A stretch of 64,000 nt of DNA from Azolla caroliniana (taxonomy: Eukaryota > Plantae > Polypodiophyta): NCBI GenBank assembly GCA_043228905.1, contig JBHGNT010000009.1:14880001-14944000 (forward strand), given 5' to 3'. The notes beneath the pieces are model-generated. The model did no database searches and was not told the DNA's origin. It was given only the letters and a program-made list of their open reading frames with translations. Numbering within the stretch: the first letter of the stretch is position 1; each line of letters starts with the position of its first letter. Both the position numbers and the translations under genes were made by a program. Shown here one piece after another: positions 23,044 to 36,122 of the stretch.

Positions 23044-26000
23044 GTCCCAATGAGTGAAAGCGTCATAGCTAGAGGAAGTGAACTTGGGAATTGGGGAAGA
23101 ATCGAAACCGGTACACGTGGCAAAAGAAATGCCACCTGCGGAAAAGCTAGCAATGGTAGAATTACTAAAAGAATTCCGGGATGTATTCGCATGTTCGTAT
23201 GAAGACATGTGAGGATTGGATTCTCAGTTATACTAGCACTAGATTCACCTTAGCAAGGACGCGAAAACGGTAGCACAAAGGCGCTACCGGATGAATTCGA
23301 ATTATGCGGCCAAGGTAAAAGAGGAAATTGATAAATTACTTCGAGTCGGTTTTATCCAACCAGTGAAGTAGGCAACATGGCTCAATCCGATTGTGGTGGT
23401 ACCCAAGAAGAATGGGAAAATCCGAGTCTCTGTTGATTACTGGAAACTAAATGCCACGATAGTAACAGATGCGTTCCCACTCCCATTTACGGATGGGGTT
23501 CTGGATGCAGTGGCCAGGCATGAGATATACAACTTCCTTGATGGATTTAGTGGCTACAATCAAATTCAGATGCACCTGGCAGACCAGGAGAAGACAACAT
23601 TCGTTACAGAATGGGGAGTATTCGTCACGGTGGTTATGATGTTCGGGCTAAAGACGACACCAGTAACATTCCAACGCATCATTATGGAGATATTCGGGGA
23701 ATTCATACCAACATTTATGCAGGTGTTCCTGGATGATTTTGCGTTCTATACCCGAAAGGTTAAACACCTGGCCCATCTCTGATTATGTCTCGAGAAATGT
23801 CGAGATCTCTGCCTGAGCCTGAATCCGGAAAAATGTGTCTTTGGAGTGACAAGTGGGACATTATTAGGACATATCGTGACGACATTGCAGTAGATCCGGA
23901 TAAAGTAAAAGCTATTTTGGAAGCACCACCTCTGGCAAATGCCAAAGCTCTGAGCCAGTTTTTAGGATAGATACGGTGGCATAGCCGGATGCTCCGGATT
24001 TGGCCGACTTTGCCACACCTTTACATGCGGTCGTACACCGTACCCCATTCCAATGGATGGAGCTGGAGGATAGGGCATACCACGCGTTGAAAGTGATGTT
24101 GTCACAGGCGCCAGTGGTGCAACGTCCGGATTGGACCAAGGAATTTCATGTGTTCGTGGACGCGTAGGATATAGCGATCGGGAGCGTCCTCATGCAGCTC
24201 ACTAAACCAAGGTGGTACCGGCCAGTGTACTACGCCAGTCGGAAGCTCTCAAAGGCCGAACGGAACTACTCCACGACAGAGAGAGAAGCCTTGGGGATGG
24301 TTAATAGCGTAACAAAGTTTCACCATTACCTACTAGGACAAAAATTTTCATTTCATGTGGATCATTCGGTGCTACTTTACTTGGTCTCAAAAGCATCCTT
24401 AACTGGCAAGCTAGCACGATGGACATTGTTGCTACAGGAATTTGAATTTGAAATACACCACCGAACGGGAGTGCAACATGCGGTAGCAGACTATTTGAGC
24501 CGGTTCGAATCCAATGAAGCAGGTGACGGAGTCCGGGACGAGTTTTCAGATGCACAACAACTCTTTAGGGTAACCGGGGAAAATATAGTGGACGAGATTG
24601 TCATCGTAGAAGATAAGTGGCTTACTAATATTCAACAGTTCCCGAGCACCGGACTGCCTCTAGAGCAGTTGAACCAGGATGCGCAGAAATGTTTGGCACT
24701 CATTTCGTGAGAACAAAGCATTCAGAGAGGAGAGGCATTTACAGGTTTTCAAAAGAGCACAGGCGAGTACCAGCGGCAAGGAACTCCACCAGAGCAACCA
24801 ATGGCTCTATTCGACGTGACGAAAGATTGGCTCAACAGAAACGGATTGGAGGGATTCCTCCGGATATCAGCGGTGCCACCACATGAAGAGCTAGAGAAGG
24901 TAGCATTACAAATTGACCTCGAGGAGATCACGGAGGGCATGGTGCAGGCCCTTATTGACCTATTGGTAGGAGGCCTCTACTCCATAGAGAACCCCTCCAC
25001 TGAGACACTAACGGAGTACTTTGGTGAGTACTCCATAGCCAGCAAAGCATACCGCACACAAGGCGGAGAGGACCCTCTATTCGGGGAGGTAGCACGGGTG
25101 TTAATCAAATACGGATTTGTGCATCCTTGCCCGGGCGCTATGCCTAAAAATAGAGCCGATTTTATTATCGCAACGTATGAAGGCGTCAAGGTGGACTAGC
25201 CGGTTATAGTGGCAGATTCCTTACGGGCTACTATTCAATCGGTTGTGGAGGGGAAGAAGGTGTGGACTGCGATAACGCAATGGCTTACCCCGCTGAGTAC
25301 CCAACCACTGGCCATTAAAACAAAGAAGCAGGGTCGATCGACAGATGCAACGCTGAACAAACCATCCAAGTGGCAACAACTCATGGCCAAGCACACCCCC
25401 GGTTGGACAAAGGGGGGCTCGTTGCAAAAGGAAACGGAGCAGTGGAGCGAGAAGAAGTCGGTGGAGAAAGTGGTGTCGGAGGAAAAGTCGGCCAAGGCCA
25501 TGAAAATCGCGTTGCGTCGATAGGACAAGGAACCAGACGATCTGGTTCGGAGGGTGCACCATGAAACCATGGAGGAAGAGGCCGAAGAAGAACCAGTCGA
25601 AACCCTCCAGCGTTGGCCAAGAAAACACGACACAGAGCAGTAGGGGGAAGGAGTGGGTCCAAGGCGGGACAACACCTCGATGACCAGCTCAGTGGTGGTA
25701 GAACCCCGGATGGAGGCAAAACCGGAATTAAGGCAAGAAACGGTGACAATGGCTCAGTAGGAACCGATTACAAAGAATCAGACCTCACCGGGCCTTCAAG
25801 AACAACAACACAAGGAATGCCATCTAGAGCGAACACCGGCGCCACTAACACAATGGTTCAGAACCAAGCACGAACCAAGACCAGAGCACGGACAACCATT
25901 CGTTTTTCCAACATAACATGAAACCTACCGGCAATAGTTGAGATGGCTGGGGGAGCAGCTGTCAGGAGTTGTGAACCGTATGGAGCAAGAAGAAAGGATG

Positions 26001-27866
26001 CAATTGGATTGGTTGCTAGCCATGACCGAAGAATTAAAACATGCCCGGACATGGATTTGGAGCTTAGAGGAAGAGTTGGAGAAGGCCAAGCAACAGGCGG
26101 TCGGTATGGCCCCAACAGGGCCAAATACAACCCCAGATCCAGTGGGACCGGCTAACCACCCGAAGAACCAGTGGCTAGCACAACACCGATAAATAATAAT
26201 GAGCATGAACAAGAAATAGCCACCTTGAAAGAGGAATTGGCGGCTCAAGAGGACCTATGAGGCAGAGAAAGGGAGCAAAAGACAACAACCAAGGAGGAGA
26301 AGTGGAGGATTGAAGAAACCCTTCGGAAAAGTCAAGCTAACAATGACCGGCTAAAAGAAGAAAGAGAAAAACTGCTGCAAGAAAAGGAGAAACTCCGGCG
26401 TAGTGCAGAAACAGAAATCGAACGACTCAAGGAGGAGCTCCGACAACAAAAGGATAGGGAGGACCGCGCACGTGGGCAAATCAACCGGAAGTTAAAGCAG
26501 AAAACAGAAGATTTTGAGAAGTTGCACCGAGATCACAACAACTTCGGGCAGTAAGAGAAGATCAAGGAGCTTCGGGCTGATAACGGACAAAGGCGGTTGA
26601 GTCGGTGAAGCTGCTAGAGGAAGCGACAAGAGAAAGGACAACGCTCACGTGACAACATTACGAGGAGGTTGAATGAGCAAAAATGGCTTTGGATAGGGTT
26701 CAGGCGACTTATCAGACCCAATTGCTTGAATACGGGGAGCAGGCCCGAGATACTATTGCATTGATTAAGAAGCTGAAAGAGGAGAAGTAGAAGGCGGAAG
26801 AAAGCACGAACCTGGGAGTAGGCAGGATCCGAGCAATCTTGGTGGCATGGAAAGAACGAACGAAGAGGAATATTGATGACAACTCGATGGAATGGTGGAC
26901 TCACTGGTCGCGGCAAGCGGTAGAATTGCAAGTCCTTCGAGTGGACACTGAAAACCGAAAAAAGGCCGGCGACAACTTTTACAAAACGGAAGAGGAAAGC
27001 ATCGTCACTATCTGGGAGGAGTTGTCGGAGGACTTCATGTCCTTAGCAGGAGCTCATCTTAGTGCGGTTTGGTAGTTGATCGAGAGACTAGATGACAATC
27101 AGCTCGACACACAACTCTTGTTCGAGCGATTCAAACGAGAGCAACAATGATGTGAGGCGGAACGAATGACAACGACGATCAACATTAGTGATGAAGAACA
27201 ATCTGCGGATCAGCCACCGAATGAAACCGGAGTTGGAGGAGAGCAGTCAGACAAAACCAAATCGGAACAACCAACAAGAGCTGGACGGGAGCAGCCGGAA
27301 GGAGCTAGAGAGGAGTCGAGAACAGATGCAACCGGGGGAGCTGGAAATGGGAACGAGCAACCGTACCAGCAGCCAGAGTAGGAGCAGCAAAGCGAGGAAC
27401 CCCTCGAATGCTTGGACCAAAGTATTCTGGACATACTTGATGAAGAGTAGTGAAGATAACTTGTGGGTTCAACGTACAATGTACTGTCCCACGAGCATGT
27501 CATGTGTTGGCCAAAGTATGTGATAGGGAAAGGGACGAGCCGGTTTCCGGATATGATAATAATAATAATAATAGTTAAGAATTATTATAGGAACGGACGG
27601 ATCCGGGATAGGTATGCCGATTCGGATCCAGACCGGTTCGTAGCCGATGACCAGTTAAGCATCGTTTTGTAGCACAGAACTGGATGCCTATAAAAGGATC
27701 CAGGTGTCGATGTATTAAGGGGACGGAATATTAATATAAGAGAGTTTTGTTATTGTTATCCTATTCATCTTTATGTTTCTATTTCGTTCTATGCTCAATG
27801 TATGGATCTTACGCATGTAATCTATGTGTTTTGTGATTCCGGACACCAGACCGGGAACTTCTGACA
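23044..27866 (+). mobile_element. Non-chromoviral Gypsy (Athila/Tat-like) remnant: RT, RNase H, extra downstream ORF, probable 3' LTR ending 27866
   Basis: VVVPKKNGKIRV, FLDGFSGYNQI, FLDDF; YYASRKL..NYSTTEREAL..VDH..VADYLSR; integrase deleted; TATA and TGACA end. Confidence 0.75.
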
Positions 27867-29660
27867 GAGATGATCAAATAGAAATTCATCACAGTCCCTT
27901 CCACTTAGGGATCAGTCAAAAGCATGAGTCAACACTTTCAATTGGTCTTTCCTGAAAGCAACCACGCATACTTGCATAACAACATGTTCAATATCTATAA
28001 AAAGAACGTTGATGGGATGATTGTTGTAGAGCAAGGGATTAGAGCTTCACAATGGAACAAGAAAGGGAGGCTAGCTAAGGCTCAACAATACCACAAGGGG
28101 ATCAAGAAGGGATGGAAGAACATGGATTTGGGGTTTTGTCACAGAAGGAAAACGTAAGAGAAGGATCTAACTATGTGTCTGGCTTTTAGGATTAGGGTTT
28201 TCTGCAGTACTGAATGACGAATGAGGAAGGGTAAAAGGGGGGGGGAGGCAAAGAGTTGAGATGGAAGCGATGGAGTGGGGAGTGATGGTAGACACTATAA
28301 ACGTTGTCGTGTTATTCTGCACGCGTAGGAGAAACCAAGGCGGGACCGCAGGGGTCTTGAATCGGGGAATTACCGAACAGAAGGAGGAGCACCACGAACC
28401 CACGGCCAAGCTGCGCACACACGGATACACAGAGAACTCACAACAAGGTCGAACAACATGTGAGGCGAATGTATATATATATATATATATATAATCAAGA
28501 TTATAGCCGGCTAGCCGGCAAGTGCCAACTCGCTGATACCAACTTACACAACGCACACAACAACAAGAGATGGAGCCTCTGCTGGAAGCACTCGGGCTTT
28601 CCACAGAGCAGAGGCAACCTCCCAAACCCTGCAGAAAACGATGAAAGGCAGAGGAGAAGAGCTCGGTTCCAGTTCGGCAACACTTAGTCCTCGACAAAAG
28701 CGATCCCCTTCTCAGCCTTCTCCCCTCCCTTTTATAGGCCTTCGGGGAATAGACCGTTATACCCTGGTTACATAATCTTTATTCCCTGTCCCCTCAGACA
28801 AACATACACTATCATTTCCTAAACAATAAATGCGTACTACCTAGTATCTTCACATCAACCGAATTGCTCCTAAGTATGTACAAGTAATTAAATAGCGTGC
28901 CCACACGCAAGGGCCAATTCTTGTGCATATTTCCCTGATTCCTCTCCTAGGGGCAGTTTTCTCCACGACATCCACCCCTACCAAACTGCACGTCCTCCGG
29001 TACGTGCCAAATATAGCAATTTTCGGAGAAGACCGGCCCGTAATCACCCTTCATTCTTTGAGACGCTGTCCGCGCTAGTGAAACCGTCACCATCGTCCGG
29101 GCTTGCCGGGTCCAGTTCATCCTCGTGCCGTTTCTTAAACACTTTGATCCTCTTCCCTGCTACTGGCACAACTATTTGCGTCCCATCAAGCTCCACGAGA
29201 TGGTACATGCCATTGTCATTAGCACTCGTCACGGCGTAGGGCCCGAACCATCTCTTTGCGAACTTCTGCACTACTTTGTGTTGGTTGTCGAGGTTGTTGT
29301 CGTATACCAGCACCCAATCGCCTTCTTCAATCTTCTTCGGCCGGAGCCGGTGTGTCCGGTCGAACCGACCCTTGTTCCTTTCCCGTGCTGTGCACAACTT
29401 CTCCCTTGCTTGCTCTACGTCCTCCGGTCTTCGTTCAAGCTGTCGAATCCGCGCCGCCAATAGCTCTTCCCGGTTCATTTCGTTCCTCCAATCCACCGCG
29501 GCCCACGAAGTGATTGCCCGCTCCACCAACATAATCGGTTTTTGCCTGTACATCAACTACGCCGGCATGAACCCGGTCACCAAACTGTGCGTAGTCCGGT
29601 GTCGCGTTGTTACGCGTGTGCGTGTAGAAGGGGTGGGACCACGGGGGTCTTATACCGAGG

Positions 29661-29736
<76 letters not shown>

Positions 29737-30399
29737 AGATACGCGAAGCGAGAAGGAGAGATATAGAACGTAACACTTGATTTCAATAACAAGAGATTAC
29801 AACGACAAGAGAATACAAGGGGGTTACAAGAGAATACGACTCTGACGGTTACAACCGACGAGGCGGCGATGGACCCGACACGGGGATCCTACTCACACAC
29901 ACAGACAACACTCGCTCGACTCCCAGAAACAAACAAAGGGGGGGGGGAGAGCCTCTGCTAGAAGCGCACGGGCTGTCCACGAAGCAGAGGCAACGAGCTC
30001 CCGACCCACAGAGACCGACAGTCGAAGGAGAAGAGAGAGCTCGGCACTCAGATCTACAGCAGCACTTCGTCCTCCCTAGCGCACGATACCTGCTCCTTCC
30101 TCTGCTCCCTCCTTAAATAGTTCCCCAAAAGGGGATGCCCCCTTTTCCTTAGCCAAACTGCTTTATTCCCTATCCCTGTCGATAGAGATACGCACAAAAT
30201 CCCCTAATAAATGTGCACTACCTAGTATTTACACCAATCGCCCTAATTATGAATATATCAATCCTCGCGTCCACCCGTGTAAGAGCCAGTTCATGCGCCT
30301 TTTTCTTCGATTCTGCCTATGGCCAGTTTTCTTCACGACATCCACCCCCACCAAACCGCGCATCCACCGGCGTGCGCCAGAGATGGGTAGACACCGAAG

Positions 30400-33300
30400 A
30401 AAACCGGCTTCACTCGTCGTTCTCCAATTCTCCACCGGACCCGAACTAATCGTCATCGTTCCTCTCGCTCGCCGGCTCCGGCTCGTCTTCGAACCGCTTC
30501 TTGAACTCTGTGATCCTTTTCCCGGCCACCGGCACCGCTAACCGTGTACCGTCGAGTTCCGCGAGGTGGTACGTGCCGTTGTCATTCGTGCTCATCACCG
30601 TGTAGGGCCCGAACCATCTCCTAGCCTACTTTCGCACCGCCTTGTGCTGATTGTCGAGGCTGCTGTCGTATACCAAGACCCAGTCGCCTTCCTCGATCTT
30701 CTTTGGTCACAACAGGGTCTTGTTCCGCTCCCTTGCCACTCGCAAGTTTTCCTTCGCCTGTATCACATCCTCTTGCCTCCGCTCAAGTTGCCGAATCCGC
30801 GCCGCCAGCAACTCCTCCCGGCTCATTTTGTCCTTCCAATCTACCACCACCCATGAAGAAACCGTCTGTTCCACCGGCATGATCGGCTTCTGTCCGTACA
30901 TCAGCTCTACCGGCATAAACCCTGTCACCGAACTGTGCGTAGTTCGGTCCGCCCATAGTGCGTAAGGAAGGAGCCGCGGCCAATTCCCGACCTGCCCTCC
31001 GCATGCACGCATCAACGCCTTTATGATCGGCCCGTGCCCACGCTCCACCTTTCCATTTGCCTCCAGATTGTACGCCGTAGTGAGGGAGAGTTTGACACCT
31101 AGCCGGTCGAACAGCTCCTCAGCCTCCCGCGCATCCAGCTCTCCCCGGTCCACCACGATCCTCCCGACGCACCCGTATCGACACACTACTTCTTCGATCA
31201 GGAACCGGCATACCGCTGTGGTTGTCTTGTTTTGCAGTGCATGACCTTCCACCTGGTTCGTTAAGTCTTCCCGTGCAAGCACCAGGTATCGCATCTGTCC
31301 TACCCCCATCGGCATCGTCACCAAGTCCACCATCCACTTGAAATGGACTGTAAGCGGGTAGGTCGGGTGTAGCTTGTCCCGGTGTCGGACTACGAACTGC
31401 ATCTGACAGCTTTCGCAAGTCGTTACGAACCGATGCACGTCCTGGTACAACCCTGGCCACCAGTACTTCTCCTGTTCTTCTTTCTTTGCCACCACTCGGA
31501 GTGGGATGCCTCTTCTCTTCTTTGGGTGCCTCCATATGCACCCGTCCCGTAGGAAGAACCGGGACGCCTTCTTCTGTACCCAGCTCACCTCCTCTCTTGC
31601 CCATGCTGTGTCCGACGTCATTGTCCCTAGGAACCTCCCGATTTGGAACCACTCCCCGTCGTACCTGCTTTCGTCAAATTCGTTAAGCACCGGAGTGTTC
31701 ACTTTCCTCGTCGTTACGTTAGCTGACTTGAAGAAGTCCTCGCCGACTTCTTCGTCATCCGAAACCATGCCGTCTTCGTCGTTGAACCTTGCCCTTGAAA
31801 GCATGTCGGCCATGGCGTTGTCCTTTCCGGAGATGTGCTGTATCTCCGGGTTCAGGGACTTAATGTACGCTATCCACCGGAGCATTGCTAGGTTCGGCGT
31901 TGCGCATCCGGAAACCTTGCCGAGTATAGGTAGGCAGTTCGTCTCGATGATCACCTCCGTCCCGACCAGATAATCCTTATCGGCCTTGACTGCCGAAACG
32001 ACACCCCAAAGTTCGCGCTTAACTTGGGCATATCCTCGCTGCTGCTCGCTCAATACCTTAGCCCCGAACCGGATCGGGAATCGTACGCCGTCCTTGTCCT
32101 CCTGACTGATCACCCACCCGATCCCGGTTGGGTTGGGGTCCATCGTCACGCAGATGGGAACATCCTTGCCGTAAACCACTTTACGGAGAGCCGGTGCTAC
32201 CGTAAGCGCCTCCTTTAGTCTCCGTACCGACTTCATGTGCTCCGTCCTCCACTCAAAGATACGCCCCTTTTTCAATAGTCCATAGAGGGGTTCCGCGACA
32301 TGTGCGTAGTGCGGGATCTAGATGTGGTAGAATGCGCATGCTCCCAAGAATCTGCGGACCTCCGTGACCGAATTGCAATCATGCTTCATCGCAGAGATGG
32401 CTTCTACCTTGGCCGGAGACGGTTTCCGACCGTATGGTCCGCATAGGTGCCCGACGACCATGATCTCTGATTGCCCGAAGGCCGACTTTTCCCCGGAGAA
32501 GGTGAGCCTCGCGCCTTCTAGTCTCTGCAACACCTTCTCGCAGTCATCAATGTGGGACGCCACGAAATTCTGACATCCGTCCGGCTCGATTGCCTCGTCC
32601 TTTTCCTCCACCAGGCATCCCCTGATCGGGATGTCGTCTAAGAATGGCATGGTGATGTTCGGGATACAATCCATGAGCACTTTGTTCATCGCGTTCATCA
32701 TGTGAACCACTGAGTTCGTCCCTCCTTGTGGCAAGGTACACATCCGCACTAGGCCGAGAGGAGTCCGCATCGTCGTAATGTCTCTGCTCTCCACGGCTAG
32801 TTGGAACTGATCGTACCACGAGTACAGATCACCGACAGAATAGATCGACCTTCCAGCGAAGGCCTCTGCGAACTCGTCTATGGTCGGTCCGATCCCTGCA
32901 TTACGGATGGTCACCTTGTTGACCGGTTGCAGGTCCTGAATGAAGCGCAGCGTGCCGTTCTTCTTCGGCACTGTAAACCACCGATTCGAATACGGGGCAC
33001 TCGACGGTTCGAGGATGCCCATCTCCACCTTTTGCTTCAGGAGCTCCATCAACTTTGGGATGTGAGCTTTCGGTACCGGAATTGGCTTGAGATTCCATGG
33101 TACATGCGGTATCGTGAAGATCACAATCGGTTCGACAACTGTCGGGTCTATGCACCCGATCTCCTCCGGTGAGTACGCGAAAGCCTTCCCGTGCCTCCCG
33201 AGCATTCTTCGAAACCAGTCCTCCGCCGGCAGTAGAAAGCCGCCCCCACCGACCTTGAGCTCCCGTAGCGTTATGGCGGTGAAACGGTGCCCTATGCCGG

Positions 33301-33805
33301 CTGGATTCCGTAAACTTGGGTCCGACGCGACCCCTTTTATCCGCTCCTCGTTGCCCTCCGGCAAGGGTGCCGCGACTTGCCTCACCTTCCGGTCCACTGT
33401 CTTGTACTTTGTATCCACACGGGCCGTCCGATCCGACCCGATCCTTTTCCCGAAGTCCGCGATGACTTCATACATTCCCATTGACCCTACCGGAACGGTC
33501 CGGTCTTCTCTAAGGTCTTCACTGATCACCTTTCGCAGTTCGCCCAAGGTTTCGTCAAAAGAGACCGCCTCCACGGCGCTGCTGATGTCTTCATCGGGGA
33601 AGAGGACTCCGCATCCCCTGAGCCGCTCCTCCGCTCGCTTCCTCTCTCGGCCGCTGACGTCGGTTATAGTACAACCTCCGTTGTCGGAGAACCAAAATTT
33701 CCTACCTATGGTACATGTCTTCTTCCGTACTTTACATTTGTGGGGTTCTTCCCGGGTATCCGGACTATCGCGGCCCCACGTCTTGATAGCCCTCTCTAAA
33801 AATCC
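30400..33805 (-). pseudogene. Gypsy-B pol (RT-RH-IN)
   Basis: ORFs 32318-33574 (RT, FLDD) and 30707-32275 (RH, IN); few disruptions. Confidence 0.9.
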
Positions 33806-35918
33806 CCTCGGGTTTCGCCGCTGAGGGCCTCGCGGTTACGCTCGTGGTTTGGTCGCATCGTTAGGAACTGGACCGAGTGACGCCCGTCCTGGCTCCTGAC
33901 TCTTGCATAGGTTGAACCGTTGTCCAGCACCTTGGTCTCCATCCGTGCCGCCGTGATATATGGCTCTCCTAGTATAATCGGATGCGAGGACATCTCCTGC
34001 ACGAAGAAGTGCTGGTCGATCTCGACATCGCCGATCTTCACCCGTACGTTCGGACAGGCCCCATGTAGTTCTTCTGTGGCGCGCGTTGCTGCCCGTATCT
34101 TTCAGCCGTGCTTGGTGTTGATCGGGCATTTACCCTTCTTGTAGAAATCCATGGACATTAGGTTGATTTCGGATCCATGGTCTACCAACGCCACTACCAG
34201 TTCCAGAACGTTGCCGATCCGTATAGGGGTTTCCGTAGTTGCCCTGGCCCAATGCGGCTTCGTGTAGTGGCTTCCCGCCAGCTCGTCTTCTAGGGCTTCA
34301 TCTTCCAGGTGCGTGGTCCGCACCTCCACCGGCTTCTCCGGTTTCGGCTCCATCGAGAGCCTCTTCCGCTTCACCAAGTCTACGATAGAGTCATGGAACT
34401 CCCTTTTTGCGATTCCCAACACCTCCCGCAATGACAACTCCACTTTGCTGTTGAGGATACGTTCCTCCAGGACCTTTCGCAGGTCTGTGGTCCTTTCGAT
34501 TTCGGTGCTCAACCGAAACCCCACCTGCTTCTTCCCATCCAGCGTGCCTGGGTTGCCGGCACCGGTCGGTTTTGGTCCGAACCGGGTCTCATACCTCTGC
34601 GGGGAACTGACCTCTTTGGCCTTTCTTGCCCGTTTGTCCTCCACTAGAACCTCGTAGTTCTGGCAAGCGGCCTCTACGAAGCCCGTTTTCTCTTCGACCG
34701 GATCGTCCCAACCGGTGACCTCCTGGACCCAATGTTCCGCGTGGTCCGCCTCTTCCTTCTTCAGCCGAACTCCGGAGAGGCCTTCTAGCACTAGCGGCCA
34801 GAATCCGGAGTCCTTCGCCCTCCCGGTCTCATCACCCCCGACCCGAATTCCCGCTGACACTGAGTAGTTAACGACTTCGACGTGCCGTGTCACGGCCTCT
34901 TCCATCAACCTCTTCATTTTGTCACGCCCCGTATTTAGTTCTAGGGCTCTCCGGGTCTCGCTCGCGTGCACCCACCCGTTCCAGAGGTACACCACGTTGG
35001 TCCTTAGCGCATCGGCGAAATCCGCGCAATCCTTCCGAATGTGACCGATCGCGTCACACCACATGCACCGCTGCCCAGCCGGCGGCCCCCGGTCATGAGG
35101 TTGTTCGCTCCTGTCTCTCCGGGCTTGTGCGATCTGCAGGTCCTCCGGATGGGCCTCTGACCACGTCGTTCGATGCCGACCCTGAATCTGGCTAGATTCG
35201 GGTCTCTTCCTTCCTACCGGCCGTCACCGATACCAGCTCCTCGAGCCTTCTCCCTGGGACCGGCCCCGACCCCGACGAGCTTCCGTCGCTCCAATCGCGC
35301 CGTTTGTCGAAACGGCTGCAGACTTGTTTTACCACGGCCTAGTCTGCCGTCAGCCCTTCGTTCGTTTCCAATAGGGGACCCACCTTTTCCTTGTCGAGCG
35401 TGTCCACCGACTTGACAAACAGTAGTACTCAACTTGTTTCGAGCACCGTCCGGTCTAGCGTCGACAACCGTGCGAACCGTTTTTCGAACTCCTGGAGGAG
35501 CACCGACGTGTTCCTCCCCTTTCCGGGGCTTTCCACCCATGCCATGAAGTCCCGCCTCGACAACCGAAGCGAGTCGTCAAACCCGTACTTCTCGAGGAGC
35601 TGCAACTCGAACTCCTCCCAAGTCTGGCTTCTGGCCAACACCTCGAGCACCTCCGCGTGGATGCCCGGCATCACCACCCGAGGGAATCCGGACAGCCGCC
35701 TGTCCATCGGGATATCCCTCATGATCATTTCGGCCCGGTAAGCCTCCAAATAACTTGTGGCGTCTTTCCCTCCGAAGCGGCCTATAGAGCCGACGATCGA
35801 TTCAATGGCTTTGTCGAGGGTACCCGTCCCCTCACGAGCACTCACAGCCGGTCGATGGCCACCGCCATTGCCTCTGCTAGCTCCGATCCCCTCATCTTTC
35901 GACTCCTTTGCCGCCCTG
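33796..35918 (-). pseudogene. Gypsy-B gag-protease
   Basis: CMWCDAIGHIRKDC knuckle; VDHGSEINLM; ends ETRGDF*. Confidence 0.87.
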
Positions 35919-35999
35919 TTCACGTCGGGTTCACCAAAGATGTCGCGTTGTTACGCGCGTGCGTGTAGAAGGGGTGGGATCACAGGGGTCTTGAACCGA

Positions 36000-36067
<68 letters not shown>

Positions 36068-36122
36068 TATATTATCGTCTTCGGAGGTCAAATATGACCT
36101 ATGAGACCAAAAATATTACATT

